This document shows positions 40,540-52,531 of a stretch of DNA of 64,000 nucleotides, one piece after another. The position numbers were made by a program, and so were the translations under genes. Position 1 is the first letter of the stretch, and every line of letters starts with the position of its first letter. Origin of the DNA: Octopus bimaculoides (lineage: Eukaryota); NCBI RefSeq assembly GCF_001194135.2, contig NC_068981.1:7163630-7227629 (forward strand). Direction: 5' to 3'. The notes beneath the pieces were generated by a model, which was not told where the DNA came from, made no database searches, and saw only the letters and a program-made list of their open reading frames with translations.

Positions 40540-40682
40540 ATATGGGAGAATATACAAATAATAACAACAGACGAGGACAGGTGGTGTAAATAACAAAAGT
40601 ATATATTAGTATGACGCTCGGGAATACGGAAAGTCTTTGACGTTTCGAGCTACGCTCTTCAACAGAAAGAATACGGAGACAA
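40540..40682 (-). mobile_element. Penelope-like terminal-repeat fragment, family P1
   Basis: Homologous to 1440-1600; contains a minimal hammerhead fold. Confidence 0.7.
40634..40670 (-). ncRNA. Minimal type I hammerhead ribozyme-like motif (A6U core variant)
   Basis: UCUUU CUGUUGA A GAGC GUA GCUC GAA ACGU C AAAGA. Confidence 0.6.
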
Positions 40683-40849
40683 ATATATAGACGTATATGC
40701 ATATATATGTATGCATGTGCATATTTACATACAGGTATATACTACTCATGAATACCATTCGTGATGGCAATAGCTGCAGCAATGTGGCTTTGCAGAAAAT
40801 AACCCGCTAGTATGTTACTGTTTCCTAGCAACAATATTATCTGATAATC

Positions 40850-41019
40850 CTTGTAATTTCTTGAAGTCAGCTTGGTGTAAAACTCAATGAGGGAGTTGGT
40901 AAAAACCAAGTACCTTTATATGAAATAAGCGCCGTGCTTGCTTGCTTAGACACAGACACACACCTTTATAAAATATATACAGACGGTGGAAATGTGTTGA
41001 TCGAGGACTGTTTTTTTTT
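40850..41019 (+). repeat. 170-bp segment duplicated in inverted orientation at 45498-45667
   Basis: Base-by-base identical to the reverse complement of 45498-45667. Confidence 0.97.
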
Positions 41020-41140
41020 ACGAATTACATATAACAAAAGGCCGTCTATACAGTCTCTTGTCCACCAAGAGACAGCCACCAGAGTTCCCAAAACAGCATC
41101 TTAGAAAAGAAGGATACGCGAAACCCTTTAAAAAAATTGC

Positions 41141-41340
41141 TTGACTTGTTTCAGTTAGTAGACTGCGGCCATGCTGGGGCACCGCCTTCAGAAACTTTTA
41201 GTCGAATGAATTGACAAACTACTTGTTTTAGTTTTAGCCTAGTATGTTGGTATCTTTTGCCGAGCCGCTAAGTTACGGAGAAGTAAATACACCAACACTT
41301 GTTGTCAAACGGTGGTGGGGAACCTCACATACAAAGACAA
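41141..41340 (-). mobile_element. SINE family A 3' part
   Basis: gactgcggccatgctggggcaccgcc...tcttttgccgagccgctaagttacgg. Confidence 0.88.
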
Positions 41341-41404
41341 ATACATACATACATACATACACACATATACCATTTGTTTCTACTGTTTTGTTCTTACTGT
41401 TCTG

Positions 41405-41675
41405 TTTTTGTTACCACTTTGACCCTCCGCAAATCCCAATTTGTATTTAATTTGCTTTGCGGGAACGACTGTTTTAACGAAGTCACGTCTAGCCTCACGC
41501 GGGGTAAATAAAACAGGGGACAACTGATGAAGGGATTGTTCTTTATATTGCCTGTCTCGTTTCTCTATTTGTTTCTTTCGTTGTTCGAAAAAAAGTTCGT
41601 TTTCCATGTTTTTGTTTTTCCTGTTCTCGTTTTTCATGTGGTTCACGTTTTTTTTTGACGTCCTGTACCCATATA
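41405..41675 (+). mobile_element. Penelope-like terminal-repeat family P2
   Basis: Homologous to 29545-29830; a short end fragment also at about 50975-51015. Confidence 0.5.
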
Positions 41676-42320
41676 TGCATGTGTATATACATATATATAT
41701 AGGTATGTACATATAGGTATGTACATATAGGTATGTATATATGTATATATATGTATTATATGATCGAACNNNNNNNNNNNNNNNNNNNNNNNNNNNNNNN
41801 NNNNNNNNNNNNNNNNNNNNNNNNNNNNNNNNNNNNNNNNNNNNNNNNNNNNNNNNNNNNNNNNNNNNNNNNNNNNNNNNNNNNNNNNNNNNNNNNNNNN
41901 NNNNNNNNNNNNNNNNNNNNNNNNNNNNNNNNNNNNNNNNNNNNNNNNNNNNNNNNNNNNNNNNNNNNNNNNNNNNNNNNNNNNNNNNNNNNNNNNNNNN
42001 NNNNNNNNNNNNNNNNNNNNNNNNNNNNNNNNNNNNNNNNNNNNNNNNNNNNNNNNNNNNNNNNNNNNNNNNNNNNNNNNNNNNNNNNNNNNNNNNNNNN
42101 NNNNNNNNNNNNNNNNNNNNNNNNNNNNNNNNNNNNNNNNNNNNNNNNNNNNNNNNNNNNNNNNNNNNNNNNNNNNNNNNNNNNNNNNNNNNNNNNNNNN
42201 NNNNNNNNNNNNNNNNNNNNNNNNNNNNNNNNNNNNATGTGGGGGGGGGCGTAGGTGGGAGAGACAGAGAGAAACAGGTTCGACAAAAGTGATAGCAGTG
42301 TGAATAAAAGGAAAGAGCGA

Positions 42321-42357
<37 letters not shown>

Positions 42358-42818
42358 AAGGAGAGAGAGAGAGAGAGTGAAGAAAGGAGAGAGAGAGAGA
42401 GAAGAAAGGAGAGAGAGAGAGTGTGAAGAAAGGAGAGAGAGAGAGAGAAGGAAAAATCGAAGAAATGAGACAGAGAGATAGAGAGAGAGAGAAGAAAAAA
42501 GCGAAGAAAGGAGAGAGAGAGACTGAGGAATTCGTTGTTCAGTTGGTTTGTCTGAATTGGCAAATTGTAAAGAGGACACACACACTCACACATACATGAC
42601 GCATAACGTACACACACACACACACACAGACACAACACACACATGTATACGCTTACGCATTCACTTTCATAAATGCACACATGCACATGTGTGCATGTGC
42701 ATGTGTGCACCCACATGCGCCTACTTTCCAGTGTTTTCTTCTTTCTCTCTGGGAACGTTGCCATAGCAAAATGCGTGTGCATGTGTGTATACAAAGCACG
42801 TGAGCGTGCGTCTGTACG

Positions 42819-42852
<34 letters not shown>

Positions 42853-43306
42853 TATGTGCGCGTCAGTGTTTGCAATGTAATGTTTATATATAGAAGGGAC
42901 ACAAACCAACGGAATGGCAGAAATGAGAGAGCGCCAGGTTAAATACTGATCTAAGATCGTTATTGTTGTAACCGTTTCTCTTGGCTTCAAGTCAGTCCTA
43001 GTCTAACAGGTTTACTGATCAAAGGTAATTCAGTCGTGGCCATCCCGTCGTTTAAGAGGTATCGAAAACTTGCCACTGTCCACCGTGTCCTGACCGTTTA
43101 AAAAGCAGTACAGTATGATACGTATCTGATTTCTTGCCCATTGACTAATCTCGCAGGGGCTTCCTCAATGTTCGATTTCATCATGACACATAGGTACCAG
43201 TAATATACTGAGATATATTCACTAAACTATACAACTTTATGAACTATCATTATTATTCAGGCGATTTACACGGGGACGTGTGTGTTCACCGCCACCTGAC
43301 AACTCG

Positions 43307-43670
43307 TACCTCCAAACGCTTTTCTTCCTCCTACCTCCTATCTCCATCTTATCTACATTCTCCCTCCTACTTCCAATCTCCATCTTAACTCCATTCTCCC
43401 TCCTACCTACATTCTCCTACCTCCCTCCTACTTCCAATCTCCCTCCTACCTCCATTTTCCCTCCGACCTCCATTTTCCCTCCTACCTCCAATCTCCCTCC
43501 TACCTCCAAACGCCTTTTTCCCTTCTACTTCCAATCTCCCTCCTACCTCCATTCTCCCTCCGATCTCCATTTTCCCTCCTACCTCCATTCTCCCTCCTAC
43601 CTCCAATCTCCCTCCTACTTCCATTCTCCCTCCTACTTCCATTCTCCCTCCTACCTCCAAACACTTTTCT
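43307..43670. repeat. Pyrimidine-rich minisatellite, unit about 18 bp (TCCCTCCTACCTCCATTC-like)
   Basis: Direct reading; the 130-aa PSYL/PPTS ORF is its translation. Confidence 0.9.
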
Positions 43671-43689
43671 AAGTTCCTTTAATGTTTAT

Positions 43690-43865
43690 TCGTACTTCTT
43701 TCTTTCCTGTCTCCCTTCGGACATTTGTTTGGCGAATTTGATTTAGCTTCATTGATCTGTGAGTAGCCTTCACTGAAGAGACGGAACCACGTCGAAACAT
43801 CACGGTGTCCCAAAGACTCCTTACACTAATAAATCAAGGGTAGTGTGAACACGCATTGTCTGAAC
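43690..43865 (+). mobile_element. Penelope-like terminal repeat with hammerhead motif and AATAAA
   Basis: CTGAAGA GACG gaacca CGTC GAAAC...; AATAAA at 43828. Confidence 0.55.
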
Positions 43866-44390
43866 GAAAAAATTATTCCCCGACGACAAACTACGACAGT
43901 GATTAGCATATACACGTTCGAAGTAGCCGGAGCCTATTCAGCATGAATATGTACGTCATTTTATTTTATTTAAAAAAAAAACGGGGAATTAAATTTTTTC
44001 CTGCAAATGCAGACATTTTCCCTATCTTGCTGTTGGCTAGTCCTTTCGTTTTTCCCAAAATGTTCATAATTAAGATATCTTTTATCTGTTTAATTAATGC
44101 CTTTCTATAAAAGCAGTGTTTTTTCTTTTTCACTCACTTCGCACTCCGTTTTGAAAATCTGTCGATCATATTTTATTCTTTTTGATTCAAGCTGGACATC
44201 GCTGGATGTCAACACCTTATTCCCGGTGTCTGGATTAAACAGCATAATTCCAGGTACCTTGATCAATATTTTACAGCACAATGGATTCATTCATTTGCAT
44301 GCAGTAACTGTTTCACAACTATATTTCATTATATTGNNNNNNNNNNCCTCCAAACAAAACAAAAAAAAGACATTTCAAAAGAGTCAAGAC

Positions 44391-44590
44391 TTACTCTTTT
44401 ACTTGTTTCAGTCATTTGACTGCGGCCATGTTGGAGCACCGCTTTTAGTCGAGCAAATCGACTCCATGGCTTATTCTTTGTAAGCCTAGTACTTATCTTA
44501 TTCTATCGGCCTCTTTTGCCGAATGGCTAAGTTACGGGGACGTAAACACACCAGCATCGGTTGTCAAGCGATGTTGGGGGGACAAACACA

Positions 44591-44633
<43 letters not shown>

Positions 44634-44806
44634 GTATATACATACATACGACGGGCTTCTTTCAGTTTCCACCTACCAAATCCACTCACAAGGCTTTGGT
44701 CGGCCCGAGGCTATAGTAGAAGACACTTGCCCAAGGTGCCACGCAGTGGGACTGAACCCGGAACTATGTGGTTGGTAAGCAAGCTACTTACCACACAGCT
44801 ACTCCT
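44391..44806 (-). mobile_element. SINE family A, full length
   Basis: tRNA-like head (A-box-like tagctgtgtggtaag, B-box-like gggttcagtccc), internal microsatellite, tail gactgaaacaagtaaaagag. Confidence 0.95.
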
Positions 44807-45497
44807 ATAACTTTTGCAATGTAATCAGACATTTCTCAAACATGGGAAACCTTAAATTGTGTTGTCTTAGCAACAACAAGAACAACAGCGAAAACAACAC
44901 AGACACAAGTTCTGCTGAGTGAGACCAGACTGTTTGGAATCATCTTGGCCAATTTTGCTCGAATTAACTGAAACATTTAATCCCTGATTACGGAAGAGGA
45001 AATGGCGCAGTCCTAAAGAAAAAAGTGGTAAAATTGTGTTCTTAAAGACTTCTCTTTCGCTGCCAGAGTGAAAACCAATTTAAGCTCCAGAGACCAGTTG
45101 AGGGGGGAGGCTCTAGCAAATTATCTAGGCTCGTGGGAGTGAGGAAGAGTATCAGAAACATGCAGAGACTGTACGCGAAACGCCTGCTCATGAGTTCCAT
45201 TTCCCCCAGGGAATGAAATAGCCTAAAACAAAGGTAAGAGTCAAGAGAATGGCGTGTAACTAGATGTCAATTTTGTAATGCAATATGGACGAGTGAATGA
45301 CAAGCGTACATGGGATAATCCAAAGAAGTCAGCATAGATTAGCAAATCCTAATGAAACCAGAAGACCACAAGGTCATTCTAGGTTGGTACCCTGTTGTGG
45401 GTAGTGAATCAAAGACAATACGACTGAGTGTGGAGGCCCAGTTTTAACATTTGTGGCAGCAAAGGCCACTTGAGAGCTTCCTGTCCCGAGAAGCTCA

Positions 45498-45667
45498 AAA
45501 AAAAAACAGTCCTCGATCAACACATTTCCACCGTCTGTATATATTTTATAAAGGTGTGTGTCTGTGTCTAAGCAAGCAAGCACGGCGCTTATTTCATATA
45601 AAGGTACTTGGTTTTTACCAACTCCCTCATTGAGTTTTACACCAAGCTGACTTCAAGAAATTACAAG
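45498..45667 (-). repeat. Inverted copy of 40850-41019
   Basis: 100% identity over 170 bp. Confidence 0.97.
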
Positions 45668-47254
45668 TCACACACAACAAATAGCTCTAAGGATGGTAGA
45701 AACACATACCTCGTAGTCAGTTCCGGTGACTGGTAAATAAGAGACAGATAATCACAAAGCTTCCCCTACTAAGAGTAACATCCAATCGCCTTGTGATGAG
45801 TATGAGAGGATGGAGCAACAAAATAAAAAACTAATTGATAGAGAAACCATGGTAAAAAGGACAGAATCAATCCACCTACACCCAGAAGAAAAATAAATCT
45901 ACAAGAAATACAACTGAGAAGTCCAAATTAAGGCCCAACAAAACCGATTTTACAAGACTTCATTATGGAAATAAACCTTTAATGGACGATGTAAACAATT
46001 TATAAGATTTTGGTCAACAAAATGTGAGAATACGTGACAAAAAATAGTATCTAATAGTGTGGAACATTTCAGAAGCAGGTTGTTGGTCAGAGTAAATTGT
46101 TCATGGATACGAAATGCAATATCTAAATCATAAACAACACGCGGGACCCTTCTTCTTTATTTCGACTGTTTAACTTCTGATAGGCCACTTTCAGAGCAAT
46201 ACACTATAAATAACCTAAACGGAGTGCAAGACAAGACTACAGGCCCCAAGTTGTTAAGCGTTCTGACCCCATCTAGATGAACCTTATATGATTTGTTTTT
46301 CATACAAATGTTCAACCTGACTCTTATTTTATAAGTATTTAACCCGTTTATTAAGGGCTCATCCGTTTGTCTATTACAGAAATATAAAATTGTGAAAACA
46401 AGAAAAATAAGACGTAAAATTCGAAACATGGTTTGATTTTACTTTAAAATTTTTACAATTTAACATTTTACAACTCTACAAGTAATTTCATGCTTTAAAA
46501 ACAATCTTTAGCTAAATGGAAGTGTTCTGCCACAAAGAATAGCGCGAAAGAGGAAATAAAAGGAACTCAATAAGGCTTTTATAGTTTTATCCTCTTTCAT
46601 TCTAAGCTGGAGACTTCATTAACCGTCGCTTCGAGTTTCACGTCTGCGATCTTCGGTGAAATTTCGAAGCTAGGGTAGCAGGCCGGCTGATGACGACTGC
46701 TGATATAAACAGAGCAATACCGTCGTCATAGCAGAATAGACCAGGATGGATTGCAAAATAAAGGCATCAAGTATCACAAAACTCATTGAATAATGAACAC
46801 TTTATGTTGCTTAAGATTACACCCAAACAAACATTATATGTGACAGCGCAGAAAAATCTCCCTTTTTTTTGTAGTCTGTCATCCCTTCCCCACCAACCAA
46901 CTCACGTAGCATTATTCACCCCCTCACCCCCTTTATCTACTATTCACCACATCAACCCTTCTTCAATCCTACCTAATCTCTACAGTTTTCGTCTACGTCC
47001 TCTGCCTCCCCTATTTCTTATCTCTCACCCACCCCCAAACATTTGTGCAACCTCCGCCCATCCACACTTTTACTTCTTCTGTCCCCACTCCCTTCAACAC
47101 ACCTCGTATCTTGAGGTGGGGGTCCACCTACACGCCTCTTCACCATTTTTATCCCTTCCACCTTAATCACACCGAACCTTTCTTCTAAAATGTGGAAAGT
47201 CATGGAGTCCCTCGACAGCCAAATACCTCTTCTGTTCAGGCCCCTTCTCTGCTA

Positions 47255-47515
47255 CTTTAACCCCTCATCACTTAGCATAAAGCCCCTCCGACTCGAGAGA
47301 ATTATAGATCTGCAAACATCATGGCAATCTGACTCGTGCAAATGCCACGAAAAGTAGCACTCAATACGCACTGTGAAGTGGTTGGCATTAGGAAGAGCAT
47401 CCCAGCCGTAGAAACCATGCAAAAGCAGACAACGGGAGCACGATGCGGTCCTTGGGCCCATCGGATCCTGTCCAACCATCCAACTCATGCAAGCAAGAAA
47501 TATAGACATCTAAAT
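47255..47515 (+). mobile_element. SINE/RTE-related family E
   Basis: gtggttggcattaggaagagcatcccagccgtagaaacc, a motif I recall from RTE-related repeats; related fragment at about 26630-26700. Confidence 0.6.
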
Positions 47516-47925
47516 AGAGTGTGTGTGTGCGTGTGTGTATGTGTGACTCCAATTTAATGTGTGTGCGCACACATACAGAAAATTGAAAATGTCAGATGAT
47601 GTAAACTGAAAAGTCACCAAAAAATTATAATTTTACTGCAGTATTTTCTGCAGATAGTTTATTTTATGAAGCACCGATCTAGAACAAACAGCCAACTCTA
47701 TGTTATCTATAAATATTTTAACTAATACCCAGTAGTGACACACGGTGAAAATATTTATACAAGGCAGTTTACTTTAACATAAAGCTGTCTGTTCCATATC
47801 GTTGCTTCATCTAACTCCATAACCACACAAAATACTGCAGGAATATTATAATAACTTTCTTCTATTATTAACTGAAGATGATAAAACGTCTTCACACATC
47901 AATCAATATTGCTACCTACACCAAG

Positions 47926-48135
47926 ACAGCGAGTTGGCAGAATCGTTAGTACGGCTGGTGAAATGTCGATGAGCTTTTCACCCGTTTTACGTTCAGATCT
48001 CAAATTCCACCGAGGTTGACTTTGCCTTTCATCTTTTCGGGGTCGATAAATTAAGTACCAGTTGCGTACTGGGGTCGATCTAATCGACTGGCCCCCACCT
48101 CAAAAATTTCGGGTCTTGTGCCTAGAGTAGAAAAG
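47926..48135 (+). mobile_element. SINE family B (upstream copy of tandem pair)
   Basis: Family B body with intact tagagtagaaaag tail. Confidence 0.92.
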
Positions 48136-48156
48136 AATATTCCTACCTACACCAAG

Positions 48157-48362
48157 ACAGCGAGTTGGCAGAATCGTTAGCACGCGGGGCGAAATGCTTA
48201 GGGGCAGTTCACCAGTCTTTCCGATCAGACCTCAAATCCCAGCGAGGTCGACTTTGCCTTTCATCCTTTCGGGGTCGACAAATTAAGTACCAGTCGAGCA
48301 TTGGAATCGGTATAATGGGCTTACTCTCTCCTCCGAACTTGCTGGCCCCTCGTGCTGAAATT
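48157..48362 (+). mobile_element. SINE family B (downstream copy, more diverged tail)
   Basis: gaggtcgactttgcctttcatcctttcggggtcgac... Confidence 0.88.
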
Positions 48363-49009
48363 TTAATCCAATATCTACCCGAGATTTCGATTGTCATGAG
48401 GTGTTTTATTTACTAGAGAGGTACATAGTACCGTACTATATTCGAACTGGGGTCTTTAGGCCTAAACGAAATCTTGTATTGCTTTCGTCCTCTCGGCCAC
48501 TAAAACAGCAACTCTCCCAACGGTTATATAATATAGAATCTTTGATATTTAGCGGTTTAAGTGATTTCAATTCTTTTTAGAGTGCTGTCAGATTTAAACA
48601 AATAGCTATCTCTTCTCTGGGCGGAAGAAACCTTGTAGGGGTGGGGTGGAATATCTGACATGGTTTCGAATCCTGTCTCGTTGTTCTCTTCAGTAGTCAT
48701 AGATATTTAATTAAAATACTGGAGAGATATAATCGGTTAAAAGGGTTGAAAAACAAAGACAAAACGAATTTATTTAAAAGAAATAAATATATTGGTGGTG
48801 CCCCAGCATGACCACAGCCTTAATTTTGAAATATATAAAAGATTACATAAGATGACAATATAAGAATATTAAATGTATATGAATATTTTAGCTGTGTACA
48901 ATACATTAGAGTATTTGAGATCGATATACGTGTATAAATACATCAGGTGTGTATATATTAGGTGTGTATGAATATATTGGATGTATATAGTATATAAATA
49001 TACGAGATC

Positions 49010-49493
49010 TACGAGGGTGAGTCGAAAAGTAATGCCATTTTGTTTAGGACAGGTATAATTACCGTTTCTCTCAATAGCAATGTTCCACCTACGAATGATA
49101 GCATGTATCCCTGCCCCGTAAAATGCTGTTGGCTGTTCTTTGAGCCACTTCTTCACTACCTCCACACTCACCAGATTTAGCGCCTTCAGACTATCATCTC
49201 TTCGACCCCACGAAAGAGGGTTTGAGAGGCAAACATTATTCCAGTGACGAGGAAGTGAAAACTGTAGTGAAGAAGTGGCTCAAAGAACAGTCAACAGAAT
49301 TTTACGGGGCAAAGAGATACATGCTCTCATTCGAAGGTGGAACATTGCTATTGAGAGAAACCGTGACTATGTTGAGAAGTAGGGATGTGATCCACAGAGG
49401 ACCAGCTTCCTTTTGATGTATGATACATGTTCCTGTGTTGGTAATTATACCTGTCTTAAACAAAATGGCATTACGTTTTGACTCACCCTCGTC
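49010..49493 (+). mobile_element. Non-autonomous mariner derivative with fold-back structure
   Basis: 52-bp inverted termini (49/52), TA on the left; transposase remnant with mariner SPDLAPSD motif. Confidence 0.95.
49159..49382 (+). pseudogene. Mariner transposase C-terminal remnant (frameshifted)
   Basis: PPHSPDLAPSDYHLFDPTKEGLRGKHYSSDEEVKTVVKKWL...IRRWNIAIERNRDYVEK*; cf. mariner HPPYSPDLAPSD. Confidence 0.93.
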
Positions 49494-49507
49494 TATTGGT
49501 TCTATAT

Positions 49508-49557
<50 letters not shown>

Positions 49558-50362
49558 NNNNNNNNNNNNNNNNNNNNNNNNNNNNNNNNNNNNNNNNNNN
49601 NNNNNNNNNNNNNNNNNNNNNNNNNNNNNNNNNNNNNNNNNNNNNNNNNNNNNNNNNNNNNNNNNNNNNNNNNNNNNNNNNNNNNNNNNNNNNNNNNNNN
49701 NNNNNNNNNNNNNNNNNNNNNNNNNNNNNNNNNNNNNNNNNNNNNNNNNNNNNNNNNNNNNNNNNNNNNNNNNNNNNNNNNNNNNNNNNNNNNNNNNNNN
49801 NNNNNNNNNNNNNNNNNNNNNNNNNNNNNNNNNNNNNNNNNNNNNNNNNNNNNNNNNNNNNNNNNNNNNNNNNNNNNNNNNNNNNNNNNNNNNNNNNNNN
49901 NNNNNNNNNNNNNNNNNNNNNNNNNNNNNNNNNNNNNNNNNNNNNNNNNNNNNNNNNNNNNNNNNNNNNNNNNNNNNNNNNNNNNNNNNNNNNNNNNNNN
50001 NNNNNNNNNNNNNNNNNNNNNNNNNNNNNNNNNNNNNNNNNNNNNNNNNNNNNNNNNNNNNNNNNNNNNNNNNNNNNNNNNNNNNNNNNNNNNNNNNNNN
50101 NNNNNNNNNNNNNNNNNNNNNNNNNNNNNNNNNNNNNNNNNNNNNNNNNNNNNNNNNNNNNNNNNNNNNNNNNNCACACACATCTTTTCCAACAGTTTAT
50201 TATATGGACGTTTTTTTTTCCTCTTTTATATTTTTCGTTTCTACTTAACACCGCCCCACCCCTAATCGGTACACACCCCACCATCCGCGCATGTGCATAA
50301 AAAAAAAACAGTGATAGAGAGAGCGAGGGATTATTTTGTGGAGAAAGTTTGTAAAGAAAGAC

Positions 50363-50740
50363 ACAAGCGTGGCTGTGTGATAAGAAGCTTGCTTCCCAAC
50401 CACATGGTTCCAGGTTCAGTCCCACTGAGTGGCACCTTGGGCAAGTGTCTTCTACTATAGCCTCGGGCCGACCCAAAGCCTTTTTAGTAGACGGAAACTG
50501 AATGAAGATTGTCGTACATATGTCTGTGTTTGTCCCACCACTACAGTTTGACAACAGGTGTTGGTTTGTTTACATCCCCGTAACTTAGCGGCTCGGCAAA
50601 AGAGAACGATAGGATAAGTAGCAGGCTTTTCAAGAAAAAAAAAAAAAATACTGAGGTCGATTCATTCGACTAAAAAATTCTTCAATGCGGTGCCCCAGCA
50701 TGGTCGCGGTCTAATGACTGAGACAAGTAAAAGAGGAAAG
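50363..50740 (+). mobile_element. SINE family A, full length
   Basis: gcgtggctgtgtgataag...aggttcagtcccact...gcggtgccccagcatggtcgc...gagacaagtaaaagag. Confidence 0.95.
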
Positions 50741-51099
50741 ATAGCAACAGACACCGGTGTATTTGCTAAAACATGCTCACAGCCCTGGGGTACGTACACA
50801 CATACTTGAATCAGTGGATGGACACACAAACACACTGACGAGCGCATTAACGAGAAGTGTCTTTTGAATACGGCACGAGACGCGTGTAAACATTTCTTCC
50901 TTTCTTCTTTCTTTCATTCTCTCTCTCTCAATGTGGCCTGTGTGTTTTCTGTACTCTAGTTATTATTATTTTCTTGTCTACGTTTTGTTTGCAATGTCCT
51001 GTACCCAGATATGCACCTATATATACAGGTAGACGTAGGTATGCACATACCTGTACATATATATGCATATACCCATTTATTATTTGTTTTATAGATATA

Positions 51100-51135
51100 T
51101 ATATATGTGTGTGTGTGTGAGAGAGCGAGAGACAG

Positions 51136-51227
<92 letters not shown>

Positions 51228-51936
51228 CATGCAAGTGTATACAGATACACAGTTCGCTTTGAATCTTGTCTTTTAAAGTACAAAACCCTCTCTTCTCTGC
51301 CTCCCCTCTCACTCCCCCCGCCTCTCTCCCCTCGAGCCATCGATGACCCCGATATTACGATCCGGTGTTATTGAACAGATCCAATAAATAAATTCACCGA
51401 ACAGGCATGTTGGAAAGTCAACCAGCGCAACTGCTACGGCACACGACAACGACGATGGTGGTGGTGGTGGTGGTGGTTAGAACGACAACGATAATGAAGA
51501 CGATGATGATGATGATGATGATGATGGTAATGGTGAGAACAGATTTAGTGAGATAAAAACAATATGACATGGATCAACAAAGAACACAGAGAGAAATTAC
51601 ATACAGACATGTCTGTGAAGGATGTGAATGTGTGTTCGTGTGTATGTATGTGTGTGTATGTGTGTGTGTGTGGCTGTGTGTATGCCTGTGTGTGTGGCTG
51701 TGTGTGTGTGTGTGAGAGAGAGCCTCTCTGTGTGTGTGTGAGACTGTGTGTGTGTGTGTGAGCCTCTGTGTGGTTGTGTGTATGTCTGTGCGCCTGTGTA
51801 CGTGTGTGTGTGCACGCGCGCCTGCGTGTGTGTGCCTGTTGTGTGTGTGTTTCTTCATGTAGCAGGGTACTGTCATGTGTGTCTAGTTGGTTGACAATAC
51901 ACACACACACTTGTCTGTCTGTCGTCTCCCTCCCAC

Positions 51937-51971
<35 letters not shown>

Positions 51972-51975
51972 TTGT
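51100..51975. repeat. (GT)n/(GA)n/(GAT)n/(CA)n microsatellite cluster
   Basis: Direct reading. Confidence 0.92.
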
Positions 51976-52368
51976 GAACGGTATAAGTGAATATAACATA
52001 TTCTCTGTATGTTTATTGATGTAACTCTCTGCATACAGGAGGCGCACGATGCTGTGTATGTTTGTGCTAAATCGAGCAGAAATATAGACAACCACACATA
52101 CACACAACTGTTGAGTGTGTGTTATTCTCAGTGAGTATGTGTATGTACCAATACGTGTGTATGTGTGTGTGTCTATACTATTCATGAACCAATCCTTTAT
52201 TGTATGTGTACGTCACAGAAAGAGAGAGAGAGAGAATATGTTTAGATGTATGCACTCGGCAGATGCGTATAATATATTATACACCCACACACACACACAC
52301 ATTTTCATCAAAAGTGTTCGTGCATAGAAATGGTCCGTCGTAGGAATACCTTGTAAAAGCAGCAGCTT

Positions 52369-52413
<45 letters not shown>

Positions 52414-52531
52414 NNNNNNNNNNNNNNNNNNNNNNNNNNNNNNNNNNNNNNNNNNNNNNNNNNNNNNNNNNNNNNNNNNNNNNNNNNNNNNNNNNNNNNN
52501 NNNNNNNNNNNNNAGAGAGAGAGAGAGAGAA

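Noticed and set aside
41521-41545. CTGATGA in family P2 (also CTGACGA near 29660) as a hammerhead core
   Set aside because: No stem II followed by GAAA in type I, II or III topology
46685-46735. Imperfect hairpin gctgatgacgac...gtcgtcatagc
   Set aside because: Short stem with a 6-nt bulge; weak as a miRNA precursor
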